In this document: piece after piece, positions 51,436 through 63,528 of the stretch
Layout: the number at the start of each line of letters is the position of its first letter
Numbering within the stretch: the stretch's first letter is position 1
Assembly: GCA_051294905.1 (NCBI GenBank)
Contig: CM119373.1
Location: 8,804,001-8,868,000 of the forward strand
From: Botryllus schlosseri
Taxonomy: Eukaryota
Length of the DNA stretch: 64,000 nt
Direction of reading: 5' to 3'
The notes under the pieces: model-generated
Database searches by the model: none
Told to the model about the DNA's origin: nothing
Seen by the model: only the letters and a program-made list of their open reading frames with translations
Program-made: the position numbers and the translations under genes

Positions 51436-52873
51436 TTGGAGAAAATAGAAGTGAAGATTAGTTGGAGACATGGAATATGTAGTAGCCTCATCCCTTGCCA
51501 GTTTTCATGGTTTTACTGTGATGCATACATATAATGTCTGTAAATAACATGCAGTTCGCTTCTTTGTCTGTTTACTTATGTTTCAATTGTGATGTGCCCA
51601 TATACTTTATGTATATTAGCATGCAGTAACCTTCTTTCTTCAATTTCCATGGTTTTACTGTGATGCGCACATATCCTGTAAATAACACGAACCGTTTCGA
51701 ACCTGTTGTTATTTTGTGTCAACTTGCAAGGTCTTTCGATAACTACTGTGCAAAAAAGGCCCTTTCAACTGATCAAGTATTGGTGTCCGGCGAAAGTTTT
51801 GTAAAATATGAAAATAGCTTCAGTGTAAACCAGGGTCCATCACCCGACAAAAGTTGATAGGGAGACATTTATTCTACAACATGGAAAGTTTTTGTTCAGC
51901 TCACAGTATAACAATCAGATAAAACTAATTAGTACGGTCGTGCAGTAGCCTACTTAAATAGGAAATACAACATGAAAATGGAGACCAGCATGCATTCTAC
52001 TAGAGTTGCAGGAATCTAGGCAACTCTCTAAATGCCATACATACAGCAACAATTTCGTATAACGTAGCAGTGGAATCAAAGTATCTTTTTTTTCAACTTG
52101 AAAAAATACAGTTTTTGAAAATTTTCAATAATTTTCGGCAATATCTTAACCATGGGTATGTTGATTAGGGTCAATATATGCCTGCAAGAAGATGAAAACT
52201 TTACTTCAAGTCAATTTTCTCAAAATGTGTTAAATTGACCCAAGTCATTTTGATACCACTGTCGAACAGTAATGTGAGAGACAGTAGATACAATTACCAA
52301 TAGCAAGTACAGGAGCATACACAGGAGCATACAACAGTATTTGACAGCAAGATGCACAAAAACTTACTAAGTGGCAACCAGTTTCAATGTACTTTCATTA
52401 TGAACATACTTAAGACAACTAGAAAATTTTCAGCTTCTACGAATTAGATTACCAGCATTGTCACGGTGGTTCTATAATACTATTCTTTCGTCACAATCGT
52501 CATGCTCGACTCGCCTCATCGGACGGCAGAAGAAGCACGACCACGTTTCACTCTTTCTTTCGACGGCCGTGTAGTTAGCGGGGTCATGAGTTGCTCCTCG
52601 TTTGCTAGGGCATTGACGTAATGTCTTTTTCATTTACAGTATTTGCAAGTATTTTTTAACGTCTTGTTATTAAGTTGGGTTAGTTGATCCGTGCTCACTG
52701 TTCGTCAATACAAAGTACCGGAAAGACACTGTCTCTGGATTAGCAAGCTAGTTAAGAATATCGGAAGTCAGTCATAAATACTATCAGCCAGAAACTCTCG
52801 TCCAGCTCGGTCAAGGAGCTGAAACTCGTCCCTCAGGACAGAGTTAAAAAATAAAGTGCTGACTGACGTCAAG

Positions 52874-55800
52874 ATGGATTCAACACGGCAAGCAGCCGAT
52901 CGAGAAGCATTCAACAAAAAGCATGTTGACAAAGTCATGCATGAATCCAGCGCTGCTTTCGAGACAGCAGAGCGCGCTTTCTACACTGCAATCAACAGCG
53001 CGTCTTCGCACCCACTCATCATCAAGTCTAAAGGTGCGCTAGACGATCTATGCATTCAACTCTACGATGATTTGAATGAATTGGAGCGAACCCTCCAAAG
53101 GCACGAACCGGGTCATTCGAGTACCCGCCCGATAAGGGAACTGAATTTAAGGATTGCAAACGGCCAACGCCGAGTAAATAATGCTTACAAGGAATTCAGA
53201 GACGAAAGCACAAATTCTGCAGCAAGTGTTGACCTCGGAGACATCCGACAGCATTTCAGAAAGGATGCAACGTCGAGCCGTCGATTTGGCAAGACCGCCA
53301 GTTCCGTAAGAACTCACGCCTCAGTGGAACGCATTCGCGCCGAGTGTGAAATTGAAAGACTAAGAATCAGAGCAGCAGAAGAACAATCGAAATTAAAAGC
53401 CGAGGCGAAGCGTGCCGAAGCTGAGGCCAAACGAGCCAAAATTGAACTTGAAGCTGAGGAAAAACAAGCCAAACTTGAACTTGAAGCTGAGGAAAAACAA
53501 GCCAAACTTGAACTTGAAGCTGAGGAAAAACAAGCCAAACTTGAACTTGAAGCTGAGGAAAAACAAGCCGAACTTGAAGCTAGATGTGAAGAATCGAAAC
53601 TCGCGACCGACCGACAGCTACTCGAAGCCACTGAGAGATTGAAAATCATCAACGCCAAATCGTCCTGTAGTGGTTCTGTCGTGACGCAGTATGTCGAGCC
53701 CGTTGCCCCAGTAAACAGCGCAGTGAGTACAGATCCTTTATACATGCCTTCTACCCTGGGGCAAAGTTTTGTGACTCTGAACACGCCTGCACCTGTGACA
53801 CTTAACAGTGTCGCTCTGGGGCCCGTTAATGGGCCGGCGGCGACTTGCCCTGTGATGACTACTAGACAGTCGGCCGCACCGGCAAGTCATATAAAATTTG
53901 AACCAAGTTCGGCCCGCTTATATGATTATAGCGACCCGGCGACTGACAGCGGCCTGGAAGCTCGGTCTCATGGCCAGGCTCGTGATTATAGTCAAACGCC
54001 ATACCCTCAAGCTGCCTATCAGCGCATCCCTACTGGGCCGGCAATGCCCATGGACGGGATAGTTTTGCCTCCTGTACAGACTGGTTTTGCGGATGCGGCC
54101 CACAATGCCAGCCGTATCCCCATTGATTCTAGCTACTCACAACCATATAATTTTGGTAACCCGATTATAACTAATGCCAGTCTCGCCCCACGTCCTCTAG
54201 ATGACTTCCCGCCTGTTGTACACAGCGGCGGCCATATTCCTGTCGAGTATAGTCAGCAAACTTCAGAAAATTTTGGTCCCTCAATGCCAGTGTCGGGTTA
54301 TAGTTCGGGTACACGCCATAATGATAACCATAATAACCCGTGGAACAATATATTGGGCTCCATCAAACGTGGTTTCGACCTTCAAACGATCTCAGTCTCC
54401 TGTTTCAACGGAGACCCTCTAGATTATCACCGGTTCATCAACGAGTTTGATAGCGCCTTCGAACCCCAAGGCGTAGACCCTAGTGAAATTCATCCTGATA
54501 GAATTAAGTTGAACAAGCTCATTTTATACTGTACTGGCCCTGCCAAGGCAGCTCTCGCAGGCTGCCGCGCTGGTCGTCATGACAAGCAGGCGTATACACA
54601 TGCACGCAAAATCCTGCATGATAACTATGGGCGCAATGCCTATGTTACCAACGCGTTCATTGAACAATTAAGAAATGGGGACCCGGTCGACCCTAATAAT
54701 AGACAATCACTGATAGAGGCCTCCGACCAGTTACGGTCTGCCAGACACGTCCTCGCCCAATGCAAAGCAATGGCGCAAGTCAATGCGCTGGGAGTTCTTC
54801 ACGAGATAATGGGTCGCTACCCTAAATACTTCCTACAACGGTTCCTGGGCCAACACGAAGAAAAAATGAAGGGCTCCAACGTAACGTTTGAAGATTTCGT
54901 CGACTTCGTACAACGCGCAGCCGATACCGCAAGAACTCCAACCGCACAATTCGTCTATAGCCTGCCGAATTCAAGGTACACTTCGCCAAAGACTAGAGTG
55001 AAAGTGCATGCCGCATCAATACATTTTCCCGGCCACAATGTCCAAAGACGCAGTACCTCTCACCAAAAGCTGCCTCCTTGCCTACTCTGCAGCGGCGCTC
55101 ACCCTCTCTACAGATGTGACGCTTTCAGAGAGAAGACCCCGACCGATCGCAACGCATACGTGGAAGAAAAATCGCTCTGCACCAATTGTTTGAGCTACGG
55201 TCACGATCACCATAGTTGCGGGTCGAGTTATCGATGTCATATCGATAATTGCGGCTCACCGCATCACAGCCTCCTTCATGGAGCATTTCAAAATGTGACA
55301 AGGCACGTCACAAATTGCCGTAACAGGCCTACCGAAATTGCCAATGTAAATGCCATACTGGCATCGGCAACTATGAATAAGAACCCTGTGCGGCTATCTG
55401 TCGTTCCAGTAAAAATCACGTCCGCCGATTCGAATGCTGTAGTGATTACTAACGCCTTTCTAGATCCTGGATGCGGCACGTGCATCTGTACCGAGCGCCT
55501 CCTAGAAAAATTGAATGTTCATGGTGATCAAATTGACCATGAAATGGAAACCACAACCGGCATTGCCGGGGGCGCCGCGCAATTTGTGTCGCTTTCGGTG
55601 CAGGGCCTCTATCAGAGCACGGTCTTTAATCTCAAAGACGTGCTGTCAACCCCGTATTTTCCGAACGTCAACGTTCACGCGCCAAATGCCGATACCATCG
55701 CAGCGTGCGATCACCTCAGCCACATAAGCATTCCTATCGCTCAGACAAGCGATGTCGATCTCCTTGTGGGTAACGATTTCCTCACGAGTTACCCCTGCAC

Positions 55801-56869
55801 CGAAGTAATACCACCGCAAAATGAACTGCCAGGTGCCAAGCTATCAGTTTTCGGCTGGTGCTTGGGCGGCCTTGACAAATCACTCTCCAAGAGTGCCCCC
55901 GCGCGCGATAGTGTTAATTTTGTTAATGCAAATTTCGTACATGTCGATACTTTCTCCAAACAATGTGTCTCGCCTGTATTGCCAATGTCTTCTATTTGTA
56001 ATGCCGATTTTTCTGACATTTGTACCGACCCCTACGAATCAAAGAACTCTATCGAAGACGAGCAGGCCCTCGCCGCTATGAATGAACCCGCGCCCATCAT
56101 GAACAATCAATTTCAAGTTGGCCTCCCATGGCGGATGGAGAAGAAAAAATTGCCTTACGACCGAGGAGCAGTTAAGAAGTCGCTCGAAACTCAGTGTTCA
56201 AAGGTCGTCAAGGAACCAGAATTATTCCGCAAATACAAGAAGATGAACGAAAATCATTTTCGGGAGTATGCGCAAGTCGTTATGTCAGGCTTACTCTCTC
56301 CTACAACACGATCATTCTACTTAACCCACTGTCTCCTGTTCGAAGATGGTCATCTTGATGGAAATGACGGCATTATGTCACAAATCCCTGAATCTGCTCG
56401 CGCCTTCAACCTGGTGGACCTCGACTTAGAGCACTCAGACGACGAGCAGACACCAGGAGTTACCGGGAATATAAACGAAGACACACTCGAAGCCCGAACG
56501 AACACTAAGCCTTTCAGACGCAGAGACAGTGACAGTCAGATCGCCCAGGTCTTCACTCCATTGGGTTACCTGAGCTCGTTCTCTCTACCTGCAAGACTGA
56601 TCATACAGAAAATTCTGCGCGATGCATTGCATGCGTATTTGAGTCTAATTCTTTCCTCAGTTTTGTTGCCTGCCGCCTTATTCATATTTAGAGCACCACT
56701 GTTGCTTCTATTTTGTTGCTTACTGATAACTGTCAGCTTCATTGACCTTTTGCCACAGGGCAGTGACTGCCCGTACCGCTATAGTCGCGACATTAGAAAA
56801 ATTTTGTCGTCTGGAGCTGTACTTGATTTCGCGTCATGTAATGCACGTCTAGTTGTGAACATTTGGTAA
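52874..56869 (+). CDS. BEL Gag-protease polyprotein with deleted pol and a hydrophobic C-terminal tail (~1331 aa from the first ATG)
   Basis: Coiled coil with (AKLELEAEEKQ)x4. Gag core FNGDPLDYHRFINEF...KLNKLILYCTGPAK. Three-knuckle array CLLCSGAHPLYRC / CTNCLSYGHDHHSC / CHIDNCGSPHHSLLH. Protease AFLDPG...DLLVG. Pol start QVGLPW...FYLTH joined to a post-RT remnant. Confidence 0.93.
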   Translation: MDSTRQAADREAFNKKHVDKVMHESSAAFETAERAFYTAINSASSHPLIIKSKGALDDLCIQLYDDLNELERTLQRHEPGHSSTRPIRELNLRIANGQRRVNNAYKEFRDESTNSAASVDLGDIRQHFRKDATSSRRFGKTASSVRTHASVERIRAECEIERLRIRAAEEQSKLKAEAKRAEAEAKRAKIELEAEEKQAKLELEAEEKQAKLELEAEEKQAKLELEAEEKQAELEARCEESKLATDRQLLEATERLKIINAKSSCSGSVVTQYVEPVAPVNSAVSTDPLYMPSTLGQSFVTLNTPAPVTLNSVALGPVNGPAATCPVMTTRQSAAPASHIKFEPSSARLYDYSDPATDSGLEARSHGQARDYSQTPYPQAAYQRIPTGPAMPMDGIVLPPVQTGFADAAHNASRIPIDSSYSQPYNFGNPIITNASLAPRPLDDFPPVVHSGGHIPVEYSQQTSENFGPSMPVSGYSSGTRHNDNHNNPWNNILGSIKRGFDLQTISVSCFNGDPLDYHRFINEFDSAFEPQGVDPSEIHPDRIKLNKLILYCTGPAKAALAGCRAGRHDKQAYTHARKILHDNYGRNAYVTNAFIEQLRNGDPVDPNNRQSLIEASDQLRSARHVLAQCKAMAQVNALGVLHEIMGRYPKYFLQRFLGQHEEKMKGSNVTFEDFVDFVQRAADTARTPTAQFVYSLPNSRYTSPKTRVKVHAASIHFPGHNVQRRSTSHQKLPPCLLCSGAHPLYRCDAFREKTPTDRNAYVEEKSLCTNCLSYGHDHHSCGSSYRCHIDNCGSPHHSLLHGAFQNVTRHVTNCRNRPTEIANVNAILASATMNKNPVRLSVVPVKITSADSNAVVITNAFLDPGCGTCICTERLLEKLNVHGDQIDHEMETTTGIAGGAAQFVSLSVQGLYQSTVFNLKDVLSTPYFPNVNVHAPNADTIAACDHLSHISIPIAQTSDVDLLVGNDFLTSYPCTEVIPPQNELPGAKLSVFGWCLGGLDKSLSKSAPARDSVNFVNANFVHVDTFSKQCVSPVLPMSSICNADFSDICTDPYESKNSIEDEQALAAMNEPAPIMNNQFQVGLPWRMEKKKLPYDRGAVKKSLETQCSKVVKEPELFRKYKKMNENHFREYAQVVMSGLLSPTTRSFYLTHCLLFEDGHLDGNDGIMSQIPESARAFNLVDLDLEHSDDEQTPGVTGNINEDTLEARTNTKPFRRRDSDSQIAQVFTPLGYLSSFSLPARLIIQKILRDALHAYLSLILSSVLLPAALFIFRAPLLLLFCCLLITVSFIDLLPQGSDCPYRYSRDIRKILSSGAVLDFASCNARLVVNIW
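53434..53570 (+). repeat. 33-bp in-frame tandem repeat x4 in gag
   Basis: Unit gccaaacttgaacttgaagctgaggaaaaacaa. Confidence 0.95.
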
Positions 56870-57456
56870 TTTCTGCCGCCCTATTTCATAACTAGATCAC
56901 CACCATTCCCACAGATTTGTTGCTCATTGATTAATGTCTCCGTATTCACAATTCTCAACAGGGCCGGCTATGTCACGGTGGTTCTATAATACTATTCTTT
57001 CGTCACAATCGTCATGCTCGACTCGCCTCATCGGACGGCAGAAGAAGCACGACCACGTTTCACTCTTTCTTTCGACGGCCGTGTAGTTAGCGGGGTCATG
57101 AGTTGCTCCTCGTTTGCTAGGGCATTGACGTAATGTCTTTTTCATTTACAGTATTTGCAAGTATTTTTTAACGTCTTGTTATTAAGTTGGGTTAGTTGAT
57201 CCGTGCTCACTGTTCGTCAATACAAAGTACCGGAAAGACACTGTCTCTGGATTAGCAAGCTAGTTAAGAATATCGGAAGTCAGTCATAAATACTATCAGC
57301 CAGAAACTCTCGTCCAGCTCGGTCAAGGAGCTGAAACTCGTCCCTCAGGACAAGCATTTCATTCTAATTCAGTCAAATTAGACAACTAGAATTATCTAGT
57401 TGTCCAAGTCCGATTATGAACATACTTGTGAAAGTGGACTTATAATGTCTAGGCAA

Positions 57457-58610
57457 TCACATTACCCTATTAACTCTGGCATGCTGCCATGGTACTGACC
57501 CATGAGCACTGTTGAAGTACTGTACAAATGATTCACGTACACTTTGTGCATTTTGGCTACTTCGTCTACCAAATCTATCAATTGCCTCAAAAGCAGCATC
57601 CTCGGGCAGTGGATCGATCTCAGTGTCTTGCACATATGAAGAAGATTCATCTCGCAAAAAATTATGCAACACAGTGCATGCTTTAATGATAAGGTCCACT
57701 TTCTCTGGGTGAACAGCTATCGGCCGTCGAAAGACGCGAAATCGAGTAGTTAGAATTCCAAATGCGTTTTCAACAACTCTTCTGGCACGGGACAATCGAT
57801 AATTGTATACTCTTTTCGAGTCATCTAGATCACAACCAGGAAAAGGTCTTAGCAAATTGGTTTTCAGAGGGAACGCTTCATCCGCAATGAAAACATGAGG
57901 GAGAGGAGCAACTTCCCCATGAAGCGGTTTATCTGGGCCCTGGGGGTACACTCAATGTCTTTCCCAAAACATGTTTGCCAAAAGCCGAATTAGCAAATAT
58001 CTGGCTGTCGCATTGAGCACCATACGCACCAATGTCAACCACTCTGAACTTGTATGAAGCATCAGCAACTGCCAGTAGCACAATACTAAAATATTTCTTA
58101 TAGTTGAAGAATAATGAGCCAGAGTTGGCTGGTGCTTGCAACATGACATGCCTCCCGTCTATTGATCCGAGGCAATTTGGAAAATGCCATATTCTGTTAA
58201 ATTCTTCAGCGATCTTTTCCCATTCAACTTGCGATGGAGGTGACATGGCCAAAGGTTGTAAAACATCCCAAATGGCCGAACAAATCTCTGGAACAATTTT
58301 CGAAACAGCAGATTTGCTGATTCGGTATGAAAAGCCAACAGGTCTGATAGGAATCCCCTGTCACTAAATATCTGTAAATGAAATATAATATTGAAATGAG
58401 GGATGCCAGAGAGAAGAGGATACTGATCTCACCTTAACGTCACGCAAAGTCTTTCAGCTGTACCAATGGGTTTTCGCAGATTTGTTGTGATTTTGGTGAT
58501 TTTAGGTCGAAGAAGTGATACTAATTTTTCGAAGGTTTCAGGTGTCATATGAAAGTACGTTTTGAGTCGGTCAGGATGATTGTGCCGAAGCTCTTGAACA
58601 AGTCGATGAT
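57457..58610 (-). pseudogene. HARBI1-like Harbinger nuclease, convergent with MADF-BESS at 50121-51435
   Basis: YFHMTPETFEKL, AERLCVTLR (intron) YLVTGDS, FPNCLGSIDGRH, FFNYKKYFSIVLLAVADA, VFIADEAFPL, YNYRLSRARRVVENAFGIL, GSVPWQ. Two frameshifts. Confidence 0.92.
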
Positions 58611-59084
58611 ATTCGCATGAAAATATAATAATACATCAAATGGTTTCTAATGAATGATCTGTTTTTCAATGTAAACAATAGGGGCGTACAATTTTTTTTT
58701 CAAATTTCATCGGCATAGTCGTCAAATCGTCACGTTACCAAATTTGACTCAATTCCAACCAGTAGAACCCGAGGTCAGTCAAATTGGAATTTCGTTCATT
58801 TTACAAATAATAGTATTTATGGTGACCAATTGCATGACACGGTCATGACTAAAAATCATGTTCCAGGCAATGTTACCTCTAATTTTTGACGAGTCTGCGC
58901 ACACTCACCAACTTACTGCGCAGACACTTGGACGGCAGTGCGTAACGACTAAAAAAAAGGTCATCACTTCGGATTTTTCGTGCGCAACTTAGATTTTGTT
59001 TGCGCAGAGACCATGTCAGCACTGCGCATTTGCGCACGTGCGCAGCTGAGAGGCAACATTAGATTTCCAGGTATGCCTGTAGAG

Positions 59085-60084
59085 CAATGATTCCCAACCG
59101 CGGCCCCCAGTTAGCCTTCTTGCGGCCCCCAGAAAATATTAGGAAATCGAGTTATGAAAAAAAATAATTTATATTTATAAAATACACTTGCTTGGCTTGG
59201 AGTCTGGAGTTTTTAATTAGGATTGCAGGAAAGTGAGTAGACTGCTATCGTCACTAGGTAAAGACAGGACCATAACTGCCGCATGCCAAACCCCGAACGG
59301 GGCTTTTTCAAAAATTTTTCACTCTAGGCGTGATTTCATGCTGCCAAATATCGAGATTTTTGGGTACTCATCCCCAAGAAAAAATGCGTAAAATTTATAG
59401 AAATAGGCATTGGGCATATCGGCGTGGGCCATTACCGCGCCACGACGCACCAAGACATATTAAGTTTTAGGCCATGTAACATGCGAATCCAGGAAGTGGG
59501 TCAGAACGATCAGCAGCAAAAAAACCTTGGACCAACAGGACTGCCCTTATGATCACCGAAGACTTCGTTATATATACAAAATACTGCCTTGGTAATCTGA
59601 ACCTCACAAGACAGGGAAAAATTATATTCCAGTGAAGAAATAACAATTTGAAATCGTGTGCGTCTTTCAGTTCAGAAGCCTACGTCACGAAATAACATGT
59701 TACGGAATCATACTAACGGGCCCTACAGTTTCCAAGACACCTCACTCGGCTATACCGGTTAATCTGATTACGCGAGAAGCGAGGACAAGAAATTGATAGC
59801 AATATATATGCAATTCCCGATCATATTGACCGATTTTATCATGAATTATCTAAAATTTTCGCGCTTCGCTCTGGCCCACTTAACAGTACCATTAGTTTTG
59901 TGGCAACAGCGAACAAGGTAACAGGGGTAGGTTTATCATCCTATGGGAGCCCAAGACCCAAGTTTATTTTATTGATATTGATGACTATTTTGGGTATGTT
60001 TCATTGCCCTGGTATTGGTGCGGCCCCGACCGTACTCTGAAATTCTAAATTTGGCCCTGACACCGAAAAGGTTGGGAACCACTG
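59085..60084. mobile_element. 1-kb non-autonomous hAT element
   Basis: TIR caatgattcccaacc / ggttgggaaccactg, perfect TSD ctgtagag. Confidence 0.88.
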
Positions 60085-60969
60085 CTGTAGAGGTAGGGAT
60101 GTCTTTTCTATTTGTTTTGATCTTGACAAGGTCCTATGGTGGTGTTTGGATGGAGACATCGCCAATAAACAAAAAAAAAGATAGGGAACGGATTAGCAGG
60201 AAATTGGTCCACTTCACTGAAATAGCCAAGTGGAAAGGATAGTGAGATAATTGAGAATTGGCTATGCCATTGAATAGTATTTATGAGTTGAAAAAAAGCA
60301 TTTATGGTACTTCACATAATAAGTGTTGAGCAGTGGTTCTCAAATTTTCACCTCGTGGACCGATAAAATTTTATAAGGTATTTGTCGGGCCGGTGAAACT
60401 CCAAAAATTGAAATCAGCCCAAAATGATATTGCTTTTTGCACGTATGGTTCTAGACTAGCATGGTCGTCAAACATACGACCCGCGAGTCGCATCTGGCCT
60501 GTCAGACTATTTTTTCCGGCACACGAAGCGATTCTGAGTAGTACTGGGTAATAGTAGTAGTAGTAGTAGTAGTAGTACTGGGAAATACTTCATTTCACAA
60601 GAGTAATATAAAGCATTGGTGGTCTACTTACCTAAAGTTTCTCTTTTCTTCAATATTGGGTGAACCCTCAATCTTTTCTTTTCTTTATTTTCAGTCAAAA
60701 GTAGCAAAGTCAACGCCAAGGAGTCGCTTTTACTTTCGGTCTCTACTCATCAATACCGGCATCGCGATATACTGATTCGATTACGAGCGCGAGTCCGATT
60801 TGCCGCCGCTGTGCGCTTCCCTACGCCACGAAAAAAACGCTCGGAGATCGATTTTCGAGCGCAGTGAGGCGAAGCGTAATAAAGCGTATTGAGGCGTAAT
60901 GAGGCGCTCCAAATTATAATAAACAAACAGAGCCTTCGCCTTCAATGTAAACTAGTGTCCATCACCCTT

Positions 60970-62460
60970 TACGGTAAGACATCGCCGTATCATATTACGC
61001 TTAGTAGTCGTTAATTGTGGTAGTCGTTGCGATAACCTTGCGATAAGTTTAAACTATTACATACGCATGTTAGTAGTGGATTACACGCCTGCAACTTGAT
61101 TTAATGACTACTCTAGTGCAATACACCCACCAATACCATCTGTGCTCTATATACAATTAGTCCATTTACGCTACTTTTGGATGACCGTTGTCATATTTGT
61201 CATATGAAATGACTCGGGTCTCTTGGATGGACTTTACTATGCTCTTCTACAATACATAAAGACTCAATACTAGAATATCCATATATAAGAGTCTATCTCC
61301 AGTCCTTTAAGGGACTCTACACTCGAGTCAAGTTCAGCCATTTTCAAGGATGCTCTATCGCACGACATACAGGAATATGAATATATTTGATGGTATGGTA
61401 TTCATGCATATGACGGTTACATAAGGATCGGGTTCGTTTATCTGGTAACAATTGAAGCCAATGGCATGTAGTGACACGTCGCTTCCCATCAAAAAGGATG
61501 GTCACCGGTCAATACCGAGAAAACCATTACCGAGTATGCAATTATAGAGAATGGACATTACAGTCCATGCTGACTGGTATGCATTGAATAATAGTAGAAC
61601 GCGCATGCCTCAACAATGTCAATTGACGTATCATAACTGATTATAGTTATGAGAAGTGGTCATGGAGGTAGCGCAACGACACTACGCCCGTCATCGATAC
61701 GGATGGTCACAGGTCTATATCGAGCAAAGCATTACCGATAAAGCAATTATTTAAAATGTACAATAATGAGAATGGACATTACCGATAACCGACGCCATCA
61801 AGACTGTACATTACCGATAATGCACAATATCGATAAGAGATACCACCAGGGTCTGGCCAAGTCAATAGGCTTTGAGTCGCATTTCAATATAACTTTCGTA
61901 TTATTAACTCGACTCAATTCCAGTGTATTTTAATTTAATATCGAGGCAAGTCCTAGTCATTATAATATGATTAGCGTCCCATACCACAAGTCATCGTGTT
62001 TACTGATCCTATTCCAGTTGATGCTTGGTTATCACCTTGGTGCTAACGAGTCGTTGACATTTGTTATATTATATTCTTCCTCAATTTTATCAGTCCCGTC
62101 GCATTTTCAACTATACCAGCGCCAATATACGATATCCCAATATTGTGGTTACTCTAATATACTTCAAAATTATAAATAAATGTCGGTTTCGGCCTTTGGG
62201 TATCGCTTCCTATGACTTGTTCCGAGTCATGCGCGATGACCCTATTCCAAGTCGAGTCCATACACAGCTTCACTCGAGTTATTCCAAGTCGAGTCAATAC
62301 ACAGCTTCTATATCTATAGATTCGAACCGAGTATTTTACTTATTTTGAGTATATATGAATTGGAGTCAAGGAGAGTCATCATAAAATCGTGACTTGAGTC
62401 GTTGCGACCTGAACCAACTTTGAACACCACCGAGAACGGACATTATCAAGAATTGACACA
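60970..62460. repeat. Diverged second copy of the 47700-48930 repeat core
   Basis: Collinear similarity, e.g. ctgcaacttgatttaatgactac and accgagaatggacatt units. Confidence 0.75.
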
Positions 62461-62690
62461 ATAGATAACAAATTTTGATTTATCAATTTTACCTATTCTG
62501 ACATACGATATGTGGGAACAGTATAGCTGTCAACGGCACTTCGGTTTAATGCAATAGAGCTGCCAATCGTAACGCTAGTATAAATCCTTTGTTGATATTC
62601 AACGTTGACCTACGCAAAATTACGAAGACACACAAAAGTACGAAGATACAACTTTTATAAAGATATTGTTCAACATCACATTTCTAGATG

Positions 62691-63528
62691 TCATTGGCCA
62701 CGACCATTTGCATTAATGATAGCGTGAGCGCGGCGCATCAGATCGACCGTGTCGCGGAACGAAATGCGGTATTTCCTCGCGTAATGAAATATCCATGACA
62801 CGGCCGGCAATCCCGTAGCCCCAACTTGTCGCATGACCGCGGCGTTGTTCTGCAATGTGCCAAGCGCGATGATGCGAGTAGCCTCCGTTAACCGGTTAAC
62901 CGGATAACACATCCTGGCCAATTTCATAGGCATCTGGTATGACGTATCGGCGTACCTGTGCAAAAGTTGCAATCATATAATACTAGGTCCATGCCCATGT
63001 CACACATATACATGACGACTTATCTAGTTGTTTATGAAGAGTGTCATACTCACATTGCATTAATATAAGTGATCGGCTCGTCCACTATCAGTGACGTCAT
63101 CTCCTTAACCCTCAGTGCAGTCGCAGTACGCAGGATTAGCTGGACGTCATTGCTGGTTAACTGAGCTGCCAGGGATATACTTTTCGTCTGTTTAACATCG
63201 TATATTAGTTACATTCACGTGCAATCAAATGTAACAGTCATCACAGTACAGACATCTACAGTTCTGTTCAATGAACATGTGAACAGTGTATACTCACCAT
63301 CAAGAACCCATCACACGCGGCGGTTGCCCGCCTTCTTGTCTTTTTGCCACCGGAGAATGCGAATACCGTATTCATATTTTTGTCCCGCAGCAATAGGGCC
63401 ATACCTGGCACGCCACATCGGAACGCCCAGAAGTTTGCCCTACTTCGCTTGCTTGTCATGAAAGTTTTCGTTAAGCTGCTTACTGCAGGGTCGAATGTCC
63501 CGATCCTGTTCGCTGACGCATTTGCCAT
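62691..63528 (-). CDS. Intact three-exon gene of unknown function (209 aa)
   Basis: Exons 63528-63298, 63187-63054 and 62955-62691. Both donors are GTGAGT and both acceptors are CAG. Phases 0 and 2 join into one open frame MANASANRIG...DGFLM-TKSISL...YINAM-YADTSYQ...ANGRGQ*. Confidence 0.7.

Larger units (their letters stand above)
52459..57352 (+). mobile_element. BEL/Pao LTR retrotransposon, non-autonomous (no RT core, RNase H or integrase), very recent
   Basis: 382-bp LTRs at 52459-52840 and 56971-57352 (TG...CA), identical by eye. 5-bp TSD agcat. Single long ORF. Confidence 0.95.
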
